Of a stretch of 64,000 nt of DNA, positions 23,635 to 34,555 are shown in pieces. How positions within the stretch are numbered: position 1 is the stretch's first letter; each line of letters opens with the position of its first letter. The stretch is from positions 1 through 64,000 of the forward strand of contig NW_027191482.1 in the NCBI RefSeq assembly GCF_011745625.1, read 5' to 3'. Made by a program: the position numbers and the translations under genes. The notes under the pieces are model-generated. The model saw only the letters and a list, made by a program, of their open reading frames with translations, was not told the origin of the DNA and did no database searches. Source of the DNA: Cladosporium halotolerans. Its lineage: Eukaryota.

Positions 23635-24953
23635 TCACTCCACATCCCAATGCAAGATATCCGTGCAATCGACCAAGCTCGCAACTTTATCCTCAGACAA
23701 CCCAAGAAGGCTGAGCTTCAGCATGGCTTCCGAGAACGCTTTTGCCCAAGATGCTGTTTCCATCGTCAGGCCTGTACATCGGTTTGTATCACTTGGTCCT
23801 ACACTCACCTCCACTGTTCCCGAACTCAGTGTACGATTCACCCACATTAGTGCCCGGAACCGCCAAATTGACATCCGAAGCGAAACTCGCGGCTGCCGAG
23901 GACGTATTGCGATGCTGCGTCTGCGAGTAATACCCGTTATCCCACACTTGCGGTGTATCGTCTTGCGGGCCTGTGGCGATCAGCTTTCTATGCCTACCGG
24001 ACACTTGAAATAGGCAAACGCTTACTGGCATACTTGACCCCGCTCTTCTGTTGCGCGAACGAGCGTGAGACGGTGTGCGCTCCCATCAACGCCGCCAGCT
24101 CGCGAGCGCTGATACCTTTGTCGGCGAAGAGTTGGACGATCGTTGCCTGGTCTGACCCTTGCCCGAATGCTTTTGGTAGCGTGCCTTCAGGCGCTGCTTC
24201 GGAGCTGTCCTCGCGGCCGATCATCTACGTAGTGGAAGAATTAGTAAATGCTCTTTGACTTCGAGGCCGCACAGATCGAAGGGCTGAGATAACTCACGGT
24301 TGTGATCACTGGCCCGAGACAAGAGCGAATCCCCATGTTCCCAGCAGCCTGCACGAAGTCCGCAGCGCCGACGCCTTGGTCTTTGTAATCATTCCACTTG
24401 CTCAGCATATACTCGCGGAAACCTTGCATCGGGTTGTGGTCTTCACGAGCGATCTCGACGTCGCTGAGGAGAAGGGAGCCGTCCGCGCCGCCGTTTGCGG
24501 GAGGGTAGGGGGAGTTCTTGGATGAGTAGCCACCTGTGAGAAACATCAGCCATGGTACATCTGCGGGAAAAGGTGGGACAGCGGCGTACCGGCATCATGG
24601 AATGAAAATCGTATGGCAGTACTAGCATAGCGACTGCACCCATTGAACTCTCGCCGAAAGTCTGCCGCAATATCGTACCATACTTGAGGGCAGGTGGACT
24701 GCAGTGCGCTTCTTTTCTCGTGCCCGAAGAAGGCTCTTCTCAGCAGGTAAAATGGATTGGCTACTGCAGTCTTTCCCATGACAACTGTGTTCAGTGTTCC
24801 TAAAAATCAGTCAGTAAGGATGCCTTGCATGGATCAAATCCTCCATTGCTTACCTAGTGCCATGGAGCGAGTGTCCAGACTGGCGTTGTAGAAAAAGGCG
24901 TGTGTGCATGCAAGAAACAGCGAAAAGGCGCGAAAGACGGATAAAGACTTCAT
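23635..24953 (-). CDS. Secreted class II heme peroxidase-like protein (AA2, generic type)
   Basis: Six exons (introns 24853-24800, 24589-24534, 24297-24225, 24025-23971, 23808-23754). Signal peptide, CPQVWYDI, distal AIRFSFHDAG, GGADGSLL, proximal LMGAHT, QDDTPQVWDNGYY, SDVNL, FSEAMLKLSLLG and LVDCT motifs. Confidence 0.87.
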
Positions 24954-26465
24954 GATGAACGCTGCGGTGAGGAATGGAGAGGAGAAAAGGAGGAACTGAT
25001 GTCGTCGGCGCGAAGAATTGAAAGAAACATAATCATCACGAGCGACGATGCTGAGGGCAATGGCAAGATAAGATCGATACTCGACATCCTCACTGGCCTC
25101 TTTTCTTCGATACTACGCGGTTGCTCTGACCCCAAGACATGCATGCACAAAATTGCCATCAAGCGATGATGATTCAGCTCAAGCCCTCGGCGGCCTTATC
25201 ATGTGAAGAGAGCAGGATTGATCCCAAGTGCCTGGTGCCTAACCACACGCCGTTGTATAGCAGGCGGGCATCTCCGGTCAAGCAGCTCACGCGCGGCTTT
25301 CTCAAGTTGGGCACGTCGGAAATCTGCTCGTATCAAGGTATTTAGAGGGTCCGCGTTGGCGTGTCTTCCATGCCGGCCGAGATGACCGCAAGCACGACGC
25401 AGGATTCGAGAAGTATTAGCCATCCTTCTCTAAGCCCAGGGTCGCCAAGGGCTTCGAAAGGGTCTAAATGGGAACGGTGATGTTGCAGCTGGCCACGATA
25501 GCAACACGTGCAACAGGGACCGGTCTGAGTTTCCGCCGGGCCGGGTGCAGGCATCGAACTCAATTGAGCATGTTATATAATACTAGGCCAGTCCCAACGT
25601 CCGAACTGAAAAAAAAAGGTGATGCAATTTGCAACTGACCAATAGAGACGCTGCTGTAAGAGAAAAGTGTCAGTGCACAGTATATTCCACAATCCTGCTA
25701 TAGTCGATTCAGAGACCCGGAGGGCGAGTTCGTGATAAGGGTTCGTATTCCAAACTAACGCCACAACGCTGTGACATGCTGAATCACGTGAGACTTCATC
25801 TCAGTGTCTTGGCTGATTTATCCGGGCGGGCATGCTCGGTGTTGGCATATAAGCAGCAAAGGAGGGCAAAGCAGGTGTGGTGGTCAATGTGGACTGCTCC
25901 TGAAAAATGGGGCATTCAGCATCTGCGTCGCTACAACCCCAACCCTAACCCTGACAACCCTCCAGCGCGGCATGCAGCTGTATTCGTCGACCATCTACAG
26001 GTGACTAATCAATGCAGTGAGCCTGGAGTCCATGGAGCGGAACGCCGCATAAAGCCATTAAAGATGGCTATCAGGCAGTGACAGGCATTTTGAGTGCAGC
26101 TGTCAGCATGGACATCTTTCATTGGATCACCTACCGCTTGTGCTTGCACGTTGTTGCATTTTAGCGGTGGTGACTCCCATTCACGATGCAGTAAGATTTT
26201 GGTCGAAGAGCATGCTGGAAACCAACAGAATCTACAGACGTATTGAAGCGGTCACCGGAATAGCCCACGTGTGACAGCAGCGGCGTTCGATATGGCCCAT
26301 ATAAACACGAGACCTTGTCGTTCAGGACTTCCGACCTTCAGCGATCTCCAACAAAACAGTCCCCACTCAGCAGTCGAGCCCGACATTGCAAGTTCGTTTG
26401 CCGTCTCGCCTTTGATACACTTTCATTACTCACGTCGACGAGTAGTTCGGCAGTCACCCAACATC

Positions 26466-26846
26466 ATGGTCTTCACCGTCATGGTCATGGCCCCACGCAA
26501 GGCCGGCGTCTCGCACGAAACATTCAAAAATCGCTACGAGCAGCACATGAGGATGATCGCGGACCTTAGCGGCGACGCAGTTCCGCTCTCGCACACGAGG
26601 TACTACCCTCTACACGATCATCTCACCGGCAAACCAAAGCTGCTGTTGGGCAATGAAGACGAAATGCCTTACTCTGTCGTCGTCCTGATGGAATTTGCAG
26701 ATGAGCAAGCCTTCGGCAGGTTTTGTGCAGCTCTGGCAACCGAGGAAGCGAAGGCGAAGGTCGAAGCGGACGAAGCAGGGTTCTGGGAGCGAGAGGGGAT
26801 GCAAGTCACGGTCGTTGAGGGACACGGAGGGCGCAGAGTTGAGTGA
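26466..26846 (+). CDS. EthD-like dimeric alpha/beta-barrel protein
   Basis: ATG at 26466: MVFTVMVMAPRKAGVSHETFKNRYEQHM...PLSHTRYY...KVEADEAGFWER, matching the EthD-family pattern; 126 aa. Confidence 0.8.
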   Translation: MVFTVMVMAPRKAGVSHETFKNRYEQHMRMIADLSGDAVPLSHTRYYPLHDHLTGKPKLLLGNEDEMPYSVVVLMEFADEQAFGRFCAALATEEAKAKVEADEAGFWEREGMQVTVVEGHGGRRVE

Positions 26847-26938
26847 TTAACAAATCGTAACATCATATACAAGACCAATATGTACTACGGCCTCACGAAC
26901 GTAATCATTCTGCCCGAATGTCTCTCCCCGCATTGCAC

Positions 26939-28900
26939 TCACTGCAGCGCCTTGGCCGCCGCAATCTCCTCGTGCTGCACGCTCTTCTTGCGCATAGCGT
27001 TGTTCTCCAAATCCGCCAGCGAAGACCTGCGCATGGCGCCCGCGCCATCCTCCTCGGCGGCGTCCTTGACGTCCTGGAAGCTGACGGTGGGGACGAAACC
27101 CTTGCTCTTCCAGGCCTTGGAGACCTTGGCGTAGAGCTCGTCGACCTGCTCGAGCGAGAGGCCCTTGGTCTCGTAAATCATGAAGTAGACGAAGGCGATG
27201 CAGATGAAGCAGAAGCCGCCCCAGACGAAGAAGACTTTGGACTGCAGGTTGGCGTTACCAGGGCCGGAGTCGACCATGTAGGGGGTAGCGTAGGCGATAG
27301 CCCAGTTCAGGAGCCAGTTGGAGGCGGTGGTCATCGAGAGGGACTTGGCGCGGACCTTCAGGGGGAAGATCTCGCCGGTGACGACCCAGGCGACGGGGCC
27401 CCAAGAGCAAGCGACTGGCGAGCTGTTAGTGGGAGCTCCGAAAAGATAAATGAAATGCGGAGACTTACAGAAGAAGATGTAGATGCAGACGAAAGCGATG
27501 AGAGCGCGCTGGGCAGCAAGGTTGTCAAGGCCGGCGCCGGTGCCGACACCAGCAACGATGAATTGGCAAGTAGCCATGCCGACGGCACCTGAGAGAGGTG
27601 TTAGTGAGAGGGTACAAGGCTTGAACCACGAGATTTTACTTACCGAAAAGCAAGAGCGGACGACGGCCCCAGGCCTCGACGAGGTACAGGCCAGGGAATG
27701 TGGAGGCGACGTTGACAGCAGAGGTGATCATGGAAACGACGAAGGAGTTCTTGATGCCGGAGCGGGTGAAGAACGAAGTGCCGTAGTAGAAAATGAAGTT
27801 CTGTATGAACCTGTTAGACATTGCTTGTAAGCCGGACGTCGAAGGTATCAGCTTACCACACCAGTGAGCTGCTGAAGTGCTTGGAGCAGGCAACCTGTCG
27901 CAAGGCGCTTGCCGAGGTTTCCACGGAAGCAGTCCAAGTATGTGGCCTTGCCCAAACTCATCTCGTACTCGTGGTTGGCGGTGATCTCGCCCAACTCCTC
28001 GACAAGGGCAGGGTGGTCAACGTCGAGTCTGCGAAGGGTGGCGAGAGACTTGGCTGCCTTCTCGGGCTTGCCACGCTTGATCCACATGCGAGGAGTCTCA
28101 GGCAGGACAAGCATGCCGAAGAAGATGATCAGGGCCCAGGCGAACTGGACGGCAATGGGGATGCGGTAGCTGCCGGTGTTGTCGTGGTTCTTGGTGGCGT
28201 TGTCGACAATGGCGGCAAGGAGAAGACCCTATGTATGTGTAAGCTCGCGGTGTACGAGTTTGATGGTGGGCGGAGATGCTCACGATAGTGATGGCCAATT
28301 GGTATGCGCCGACGACGGTACCACGAATCCACTTGGGTGCAGTCTCAGACTGGTAAAGTGGAATCAACGCTGAGACCATGCCGACACCGTAACCAGCAAA
28401 GAAACGGCCAGCTGTGAAGAGAGGGATGGCGACGGCAATGGTCTGCAGAACAACACCGAGGCAAAACACAACCATGGTGACCATAAGGCCAACTCTACGA
28501 CCGAAGAAGTCTGCGGTAGGAGCTGCTGTGAGGGCGCCAACTGTCCAAAGAAGTCAGTCATCGTTCTGGGCGTCAAAATCCTTTTGTTGTTGAGCCTTAC
28601 AGAAAGTTCCGGCAGACTATCAAACGTTAGCAATGTTTTTGGTCTAGCGAGATCTCATTCGGAGCTTACCAGAATGGAAACGATCAAAGACGATTGTGAA
28701 GCAGTAATGGCTGGGTTGCCGAACTCATCTACTGCGCCGGTAGAGAAAGTCTTGAGCCAGTAGGGCATGGCCAGAATGCCGCCGATGGTACCCGTATCAT
28801 ATCCAAACAGAACGCCACCGAATGCAACGAAAAGACCAACAGCGATGGCAGGCCATGCTGAACCAGCAGTGCCCGGAGGCGGTCTGAGGGTGATCGGCAT
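26939..28900 (-). CDS. Sugar porter (high-affinity hexose/glucose transporter)
   Basis: Seven exons (introns 28669-28617, 28600-28541, 28283-28229, 27856-27801, 27643-27589, 27468-27415). FGGVLFGYDTG, DFFGRR, PLYQSETAPKWIRG, PETPR, QQLTGVNFIFYYG, WGRRPLL, EIFPLKVRAK and ETKGLSLEQVD motifs. Confidence 0.93.
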
Positions 28901-30790
28901 ACCGTGTCAACTACCAAGTGAACCGATTCTTCTCTTGATGTTGACGACCTCAAGTGGATTTGGAGTGTTGATTAAGCGCGATTCGTCGAATCCAGACGAG
29001 ATGTGGAAGTGAGGTGAAGTTGCTCGCAAACAAAGCTGGGGAGTTCAAGAAGCACAAGGCAAATGATGCTGTATCACTCTACCAACACCGCGGGCACGGC
29101 GCTCTTTATGCCAGATGAATTGTGGGCATCCCCGAGGGGCACCACAGAGCACGTACCTCCGCAACCCCATGGGTTGAAGTCCCATGGTGATCCAGATTCT
29201 ACGTCGGGAGAGCTAAAAGAAGACTAGCTTCGTACTGTGATCGGCCCTTCTTCTTAGCGCTCGCGCGTCTCACTGGCCTGCGAGAGCCGGAGTAGTCCAG
29301 ACATCTGGGGATTGCGTGGAGAACCCCGCCGGAGACGGCTGCTGCCCGCAACTCTAGAAGTGAGATTGTCTTTTCCCTCATAAGCTTCTTGCCATGGAGT
29401 CCAGCTTGCCGACGATGTTCGCAGAGAGCAAACATGAAAAAATCTTTACCTTGGTAGTATTCCTAGTAGCCGGGTTCAGTCGTCATTCTCATGTAACAAG
29501 ACCTGCCTTCTGGTAACGACAACCCCGGCGCCGGCTTCACTTCTGACATGCTCTTGACGCACGGGGCTCCCCAGCAAGCGGTGACCAGGGCCTGATTGGC
29601 ACATACTCCAGCATGGGTGTCGTGCGCGAGGCAGAGCTACATCGAAGACGGCTAGCCCGCCTCCCACATGGTATGGACGGGAAGGTTGGGTGCAGGTTAA
29701 GCTTGGAGGGGTATGGCCAGTCGACGCTTGGTGAGGGTGTGGCGTGCATCGTCCGTCTGATCCGTGCGTCCAATCTCAGCCGGCCACTATGGCACTTTCG
29801 CCGTAGCGCGACAAGAAATGGCGCGGGCGAGTACCCGGACTCTGCGGCCAACGTGACCGGTTGCCACGCTCTCCCCTGCAAGTGGGCGGGAAGTCATTGG
29901 AGGTGTCGTGGTAGTCACGCTGAGAGACCCCGCGTGGCCTCAAACCCTCGCCCGAAGCTTCGGCGAGAACCTTTCAACTGCATGCAGAGCCGGATTACCG
30001 TGCAAGGTAGGCTTCTGGAACAAGAGGTTGGGAACTCCAACATCATGGCTGTGAGTACAAGCCGGAGTTGTGCATTTGTCTATGAACTTGCTGTCAAGAA
30101 AGACGAAGTCCTTCAAGTCTTGCTTGGCCCGGCCAAGGGAAGGCTTCGAACGGCTTGGCCGGTAATTGGTCTGCTTTCCCTGAAAGCTAGATCCTGGCCA
30201 TCCACCACCCGTTGCGGCTGGCGCTCTTCACGATCGAATCGCAGCTTTTAGTCTTACCCTGCCATCAGCATGGTGGCAGTTTTGTGCAACTCTCAACGGT
30301 AAGTAGTCTCGGACTCCATCAACCCGAGCCCGCCCTCGAGCTCTCTAATTGTGCAAGAAATTGTCGGCACACCTGCTGCCAACTACCCGACGTTCTATGA
30401 TGCTCGTGTATTTGCTTTCGGTGGTACTCCGGCGAGAAAGCGAGAGGTCCACGGTAAGTGCGGCGGAGGATGAGTCCAGACCGACGCCGCGACAAATTGA
30501 CCCTAGAGCCTTACACACGCCACACAGCCACATGATGCTTCGAATACGTCGAGTTCGTCAGCCTTACGGGCAGAGCCAAAGAACTGCTCGCGTGCCGTTG
30601 TTGAGGTCGAGGCGTGACGAGGCGGTCGTGGCTTGCGGTCTGTATCTATGCATTACAATTGTCATTACTATATTCTATGGTTGCTTCTGTTGCGAAGCGC
30701 GTGTCTAAAACTTCGTTGTATGAACGTATTCCCATCTATCGGTTTTTGTCGTCACTTTTTGTTTTGTCGCGGCATCGTGCTTCCTTTTGT

Positions 30791-32120
30791 CTATTGCTTC
30801 GCCTTAACGCCATGCTCGGTCATCATCAGTTCGCCGTCCCTCTCCCTCTCGAGAGCCCGCACTTTCGCCTCGGGAATGGTCAGGCACTGGATTCCGAGGT
30901 ACTCGCAGATCGCGTTGACGACCACGAAAGCCCAGCGGAAGTAGATGACCACGCTGATGAAGAAGTATGTCCAGAGGTATCCAACTTCGACTTTGGCAGA
31001 GACAGGTGAGAGGCCAATCAAGGGCAGCCAAGCGAGGACGGCGCCTCCACCGAGCGGTACCAGCAGAACGGTCCAGTAGGGGAAGGGCTGTCTGGTGAGA
31101 TGTGCCAGAATGATTTTGGTGGTCATGCGACCAAAGACGAAGGACAGGGTCAGGCACAGAAGGACAAGGTGGTTGTCCGAGAGAATGTGCGAGTAGGGTG
31201 ATCCGAGCCAGGCACACAGTGTGCCGACGAAGAAGAACATCGAGAACCACTCCAAGAAGAGAGGTGCGACTGACAGTCCCTTCGCGCGGCGTGCTTGCGC
31301 AACGTTAATGACGCAAGACGGCAAGTGAGCTGTGCAGAAGGCGAACAGAATGATGGGTACCCAAAGGTCGAGGAAGCTGGTCTCGCCCAAGAAGGCATCA
31401 TAGCCGAAGAGCTTGGCCAAAGGCTCCGTCCAAAGTCCAGCGCCCCAGATGCCGCTTGCAGCCATGATCAGACTGGCGATGAGGAGGCCTTCGGTAGGGC
31501 CGTTGAAATAGCCCAGGTACAGGGTGTGCGTGTGGTACGTCTCCCATGTGCTGAAGAACATAGGCAGGCAAGGCACTATGGCTGTGAAAGCACCCAACCT
31601 CGTCGATCCAAGTCCCATGGCGCTAGCTTCGAGAAGCGAGGCGAGTGTGCAGTTCAGACTGTCAATGCCATGGTCGAAAAGCTCACCAAGGCCAGAAGAG
31701 GTACCGGTGCGGCGGGCTTGCTTGCCGTCAATGTTGTCCATGGTGCTGTATGCCCACACTCCAAGTGCGTAGCAATAGCACACCCAAGCCTGCTTAGGGC
31801 CGAGGAGGTCCGGGTCCATAAGCTCCAAAAGGCCGACATTGAAGATGATGCAGAAGAAACCCAGCAAGGTCACCATATTAGGTGCCAGCCATAACGGCAG
31901 AAACTCCACGCAAAAATTCCACTGAGCATTACTGTTAGTATGTGGTAGCTGGTAGCATAGGGTTTCCGTGAATTTGGAGGCGTACGTAGTGTTTCAGAAC
32001 ATGCTGGGAAATTGGCGACTTATCCACCGAGGAGTACTTGTACGTCCGGAAATGCCTGAGGGCATCGTCCGACACGCACTCCTTCTGCGCGTTGCCTATC
32101 ATTTCCGTCAGAGAGTTCAT
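30791..32120 (-). CDS. Choline/ethanolamine phosphotransferase (CDP-alcohol phosphatidyltransferase, EPT1/CPT1 family)
   Basis: Exon 1 32120-31986 (YKYSSVDKSPIS), intron 31985-31922, exon 2 WNFCVEFLPLWLAPNMVTLLG...DNIDGKQARRTGTSSGLGELFDHGID (CDP-alcohol motif). Confidence 0.93.
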
Positions 32121-32803
32121 CGTGTCGTCGCTATCGCAGAGGCATCAAAGTCGTGCAAGGTAACGCGTAAGAACTTTGAATTCTTTCGCGAAATGCAGAT
32201 CAGGGGGCACCGACTTCTCTTCTGGGGCATTTTTCGGCCGAGCGCTCGTCTACGGTCGCTAGTGTGAAGCACGCACAACCCGGCTCATCCGCTCACTCAT
32301 ATAACATCAGACGCGTGGAGGGGGATGCGTCAAAACAGAAACGAGGCCGCGTGTGAAGGAGTCTGGAGAAATTGTTGGAGGGACTGGGATCTGCAGGTTG
32401 TGCCTGAAGTACCGGGGTCGTCAAGCCAAGGTTGAGCCCCTCACGCCTCATCGTGCAGCTGCGGTGTACACGACGTCGGGATGCTCGCCTTGCCATTGGC
32501 TGCATCGCTTCTGCTCATGCACTGACATGTGATCGAGCCGCAATGCAAAAAATACAACAAATAATCCACCTCAATTCAGGATTGTATGCTATGTACCAGG
32601 GCGGACCATTCCCCTTTCACCGCTTGACATTCGGATCCAGGATCAAACGGTCAGACTACCTCCGACACGTGTCGTCGCCACCAAACAAGAGCTTGAAACC
32701 TTAGCAACTCTGAACAAGCTTCTTTGCTTCATGTCGTGGCACCATGAAATGATTTACAGGCACAACAAGCTTGCCGCAAACGCGCCCAGGCTTGTTTTGC
32801 GTA

Positions 32804-34042
32804 CTACTGATACCCATCAGAACCCGCGACTTTGATCCTTGTCGTAAATTCCGGATTAACCAGCGGGTTGTGCAGCTCCGCGATGGTGCTCATACACGCC
32901 GCCGCAGGATCTCCAGAAGCAGCCAGGCTTGTAGCCAGACCTCCAGCCCAATATTCGTTTCCTGGAAAGGCGTTCCCATCCCACGCGTAGCTCAAAACCA
33001 GTAGCTCGTCTCCCTCCAATTTCTCCGCGGGATCACGATGACTGAATATCACCTGAATGCCCTTCCTGGCCCCAATGTCTGTGACTTCCTGCTTCACCTC
33101 TGCGCGAAGCTTGTCAATGTAGGCGAACTCGACCGTTCCAATACACGCCAGCTCCAGCTCTGCAATCGCTGCCCCAAAAGCTGAGACATACCATTCGTGC
33201 TGCCGGGGCTCGTACTCCCAGGCTCCCAGCCCGAGTCCGACGACATACGCCCACGCCTTCGTATCCGCTTCTCTGGCACGGGCATTCGACTCTAGAAGGA
33301 ACAAGTCTGCCGTCACGCGGATCCGCGCCTTGTACATTGGCACGTCGAATTGAGCAGCGAAATCTCGCGTGGCACCGAGAAAAGCCTGAATCATAGAGCT
33401 GACCATGGGGTCTGGGGAAAAAAGTATATCCTTGTCGCTCATGGGCGGAGGCATGATATGCACGGAGTCCATGCGATGCTCTCGCTCGAAGCGAGCACCC
33501 GCAAGGCCGATGATGATGCCTCGCTCCTGATGTGGCTCTTCGGGTTTGAGGCGAGCCATGTTGTAGCGATTGCCGGTGTTGATGAAGTAGGAGGGTCCAC
33601 TGACTCCGAGTAGGGATGAGAGCATGATTTCGTCGTAGCTAAGGTAGTCTTGCAGGGACAAGTGCCTGTTGAGGTGCTGAAGGGGGGTGCCGTTGCGATC
33701 CCACTCATAGTTCCCATAGCTCAGTCTTGTGCCATCGCGGAGCACCGTGTAGTCTTCAGCGCCCAGGAAGGTGAGCGGACGTGCCTGGATCAGGCGGACG
33801 ACGAGCTGGCGCCAGTCGAGCGAGACGTAGAGCGCCTGCTCGTAGGCAGACCCATAGGTACGCTTGTACGTGAGGAAGGCATCCAGAAGCTGGGGGTAGC
33901 GGGGATGGATGAGGATGTGAGTCGCTCTTGCGTCTGAAGCGATGCTGTCGGCTGGAAAGTTGGCGGTGCTGCTGGTCTTGGTAGGTGGCTTTAAGACCAA
34001 GTTATCTAGTGTCAAAGACACGGCATCACTACTGCCAGACAT
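32804..34042 (-). CDS. DUF4804 / MavL-like macrodomain protein, putative ADP-ribosyl-arginine hydrolase
   Basis: Intronless, 412 aa. Motifs RPLTFLG, YLSYDEIMLSSLLGVSGPSYFINTGNRYN, GLAGARFE, VVGLGLGAW and SYAWDGNAFPGNEYW...SGDPAAACMSTIAELHNPLVN match my recollection of DUF4804 proteins (Drosophila CG2909/CG3568, Legionella MavL). Confidence 0.8.
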   Translation of the reverse strand: MSGSSDAVSLTLDNLVLKPPTKTSSTANFPADSIASDARATHILIHPRYPQLLDAFLTYKRTYGSAYEQALYVSLDWRQLVVRLIQARPLTFLGAEDYTVLRDGTRLSYGNYEWDRNGTPLQHLNRHLSLQDYLSYDEIMLSSLLGVSGPSYFINTGNRYNMARLKPEEPHQERGIIIGLAGARFEREHRMDSVHIMPPPMSDKDILFSPDPMVSSMIQAFLGATRDFAAQFDVPMYKARIRVTADLFLLESNARAREADTKAWAYVVGLGLGAWEYEPRQHEWYVSAFGAAIAELELACIGTVEFAYIDKLRAEVKQEVTDIGARKGIQVIFSHRDPAEKLEGDELLVLSYAWDGNAFPGNEYWAGGLATSLAASGDPAAACMSTIAELHNPLVNPEFTTRIKVAGSDGYQ

Positions 34043-34555
34043 GGCTTCTGCGATGAAGTGGCGTTATTGTCTCTGGTGATGGTCAGGGGAGAACCTTTTC
34101 GCTGAGCCAGGTCAAGAAGCGCGAGTACGCACAGGTACGCGCAGGGAAGGAACCTCATTCACCGGTCTCCAGGCATCAGTTCCAAAGTCAACTCGAGTCC
34201 TCACACCATCTCCTTCACCTGCGTATGATTCACTAGGCAACAAGAAAAGACACAACGATCGAACCTACTATGAGCTTGTACTACGCCGACGCAGTTGACT
34301 CATCAGAGCGTCAATAATAAATACCATGAGAATATCAGGTTCGCGAACGTGTTCATGACCCAGGCTTCCATGATTCTGTATATCGCAAGATTAAGCTTCG
34401 CGCTAGCGAGTCATGTACTCGCAGCAACTTTCACATCATCGCAAAGCTATCGCGTGGCACTACCACCCGCAAGTCTCTCGGAGGCCACTTCTTCTACTCT
34501 ACACCAGACCGACATACACGGCTCGTTCGCCCAATAGCGGACTCACACCGCCGTG

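Noticed and set aside
21264..28900. Secondary-metabolite cluster (EthD, peroxidase, transporter)
   Set aside because: No PKS, NRPS, terpene synthase or RiPP precursor in the window, and the transporter is an ordinary sugar porter.
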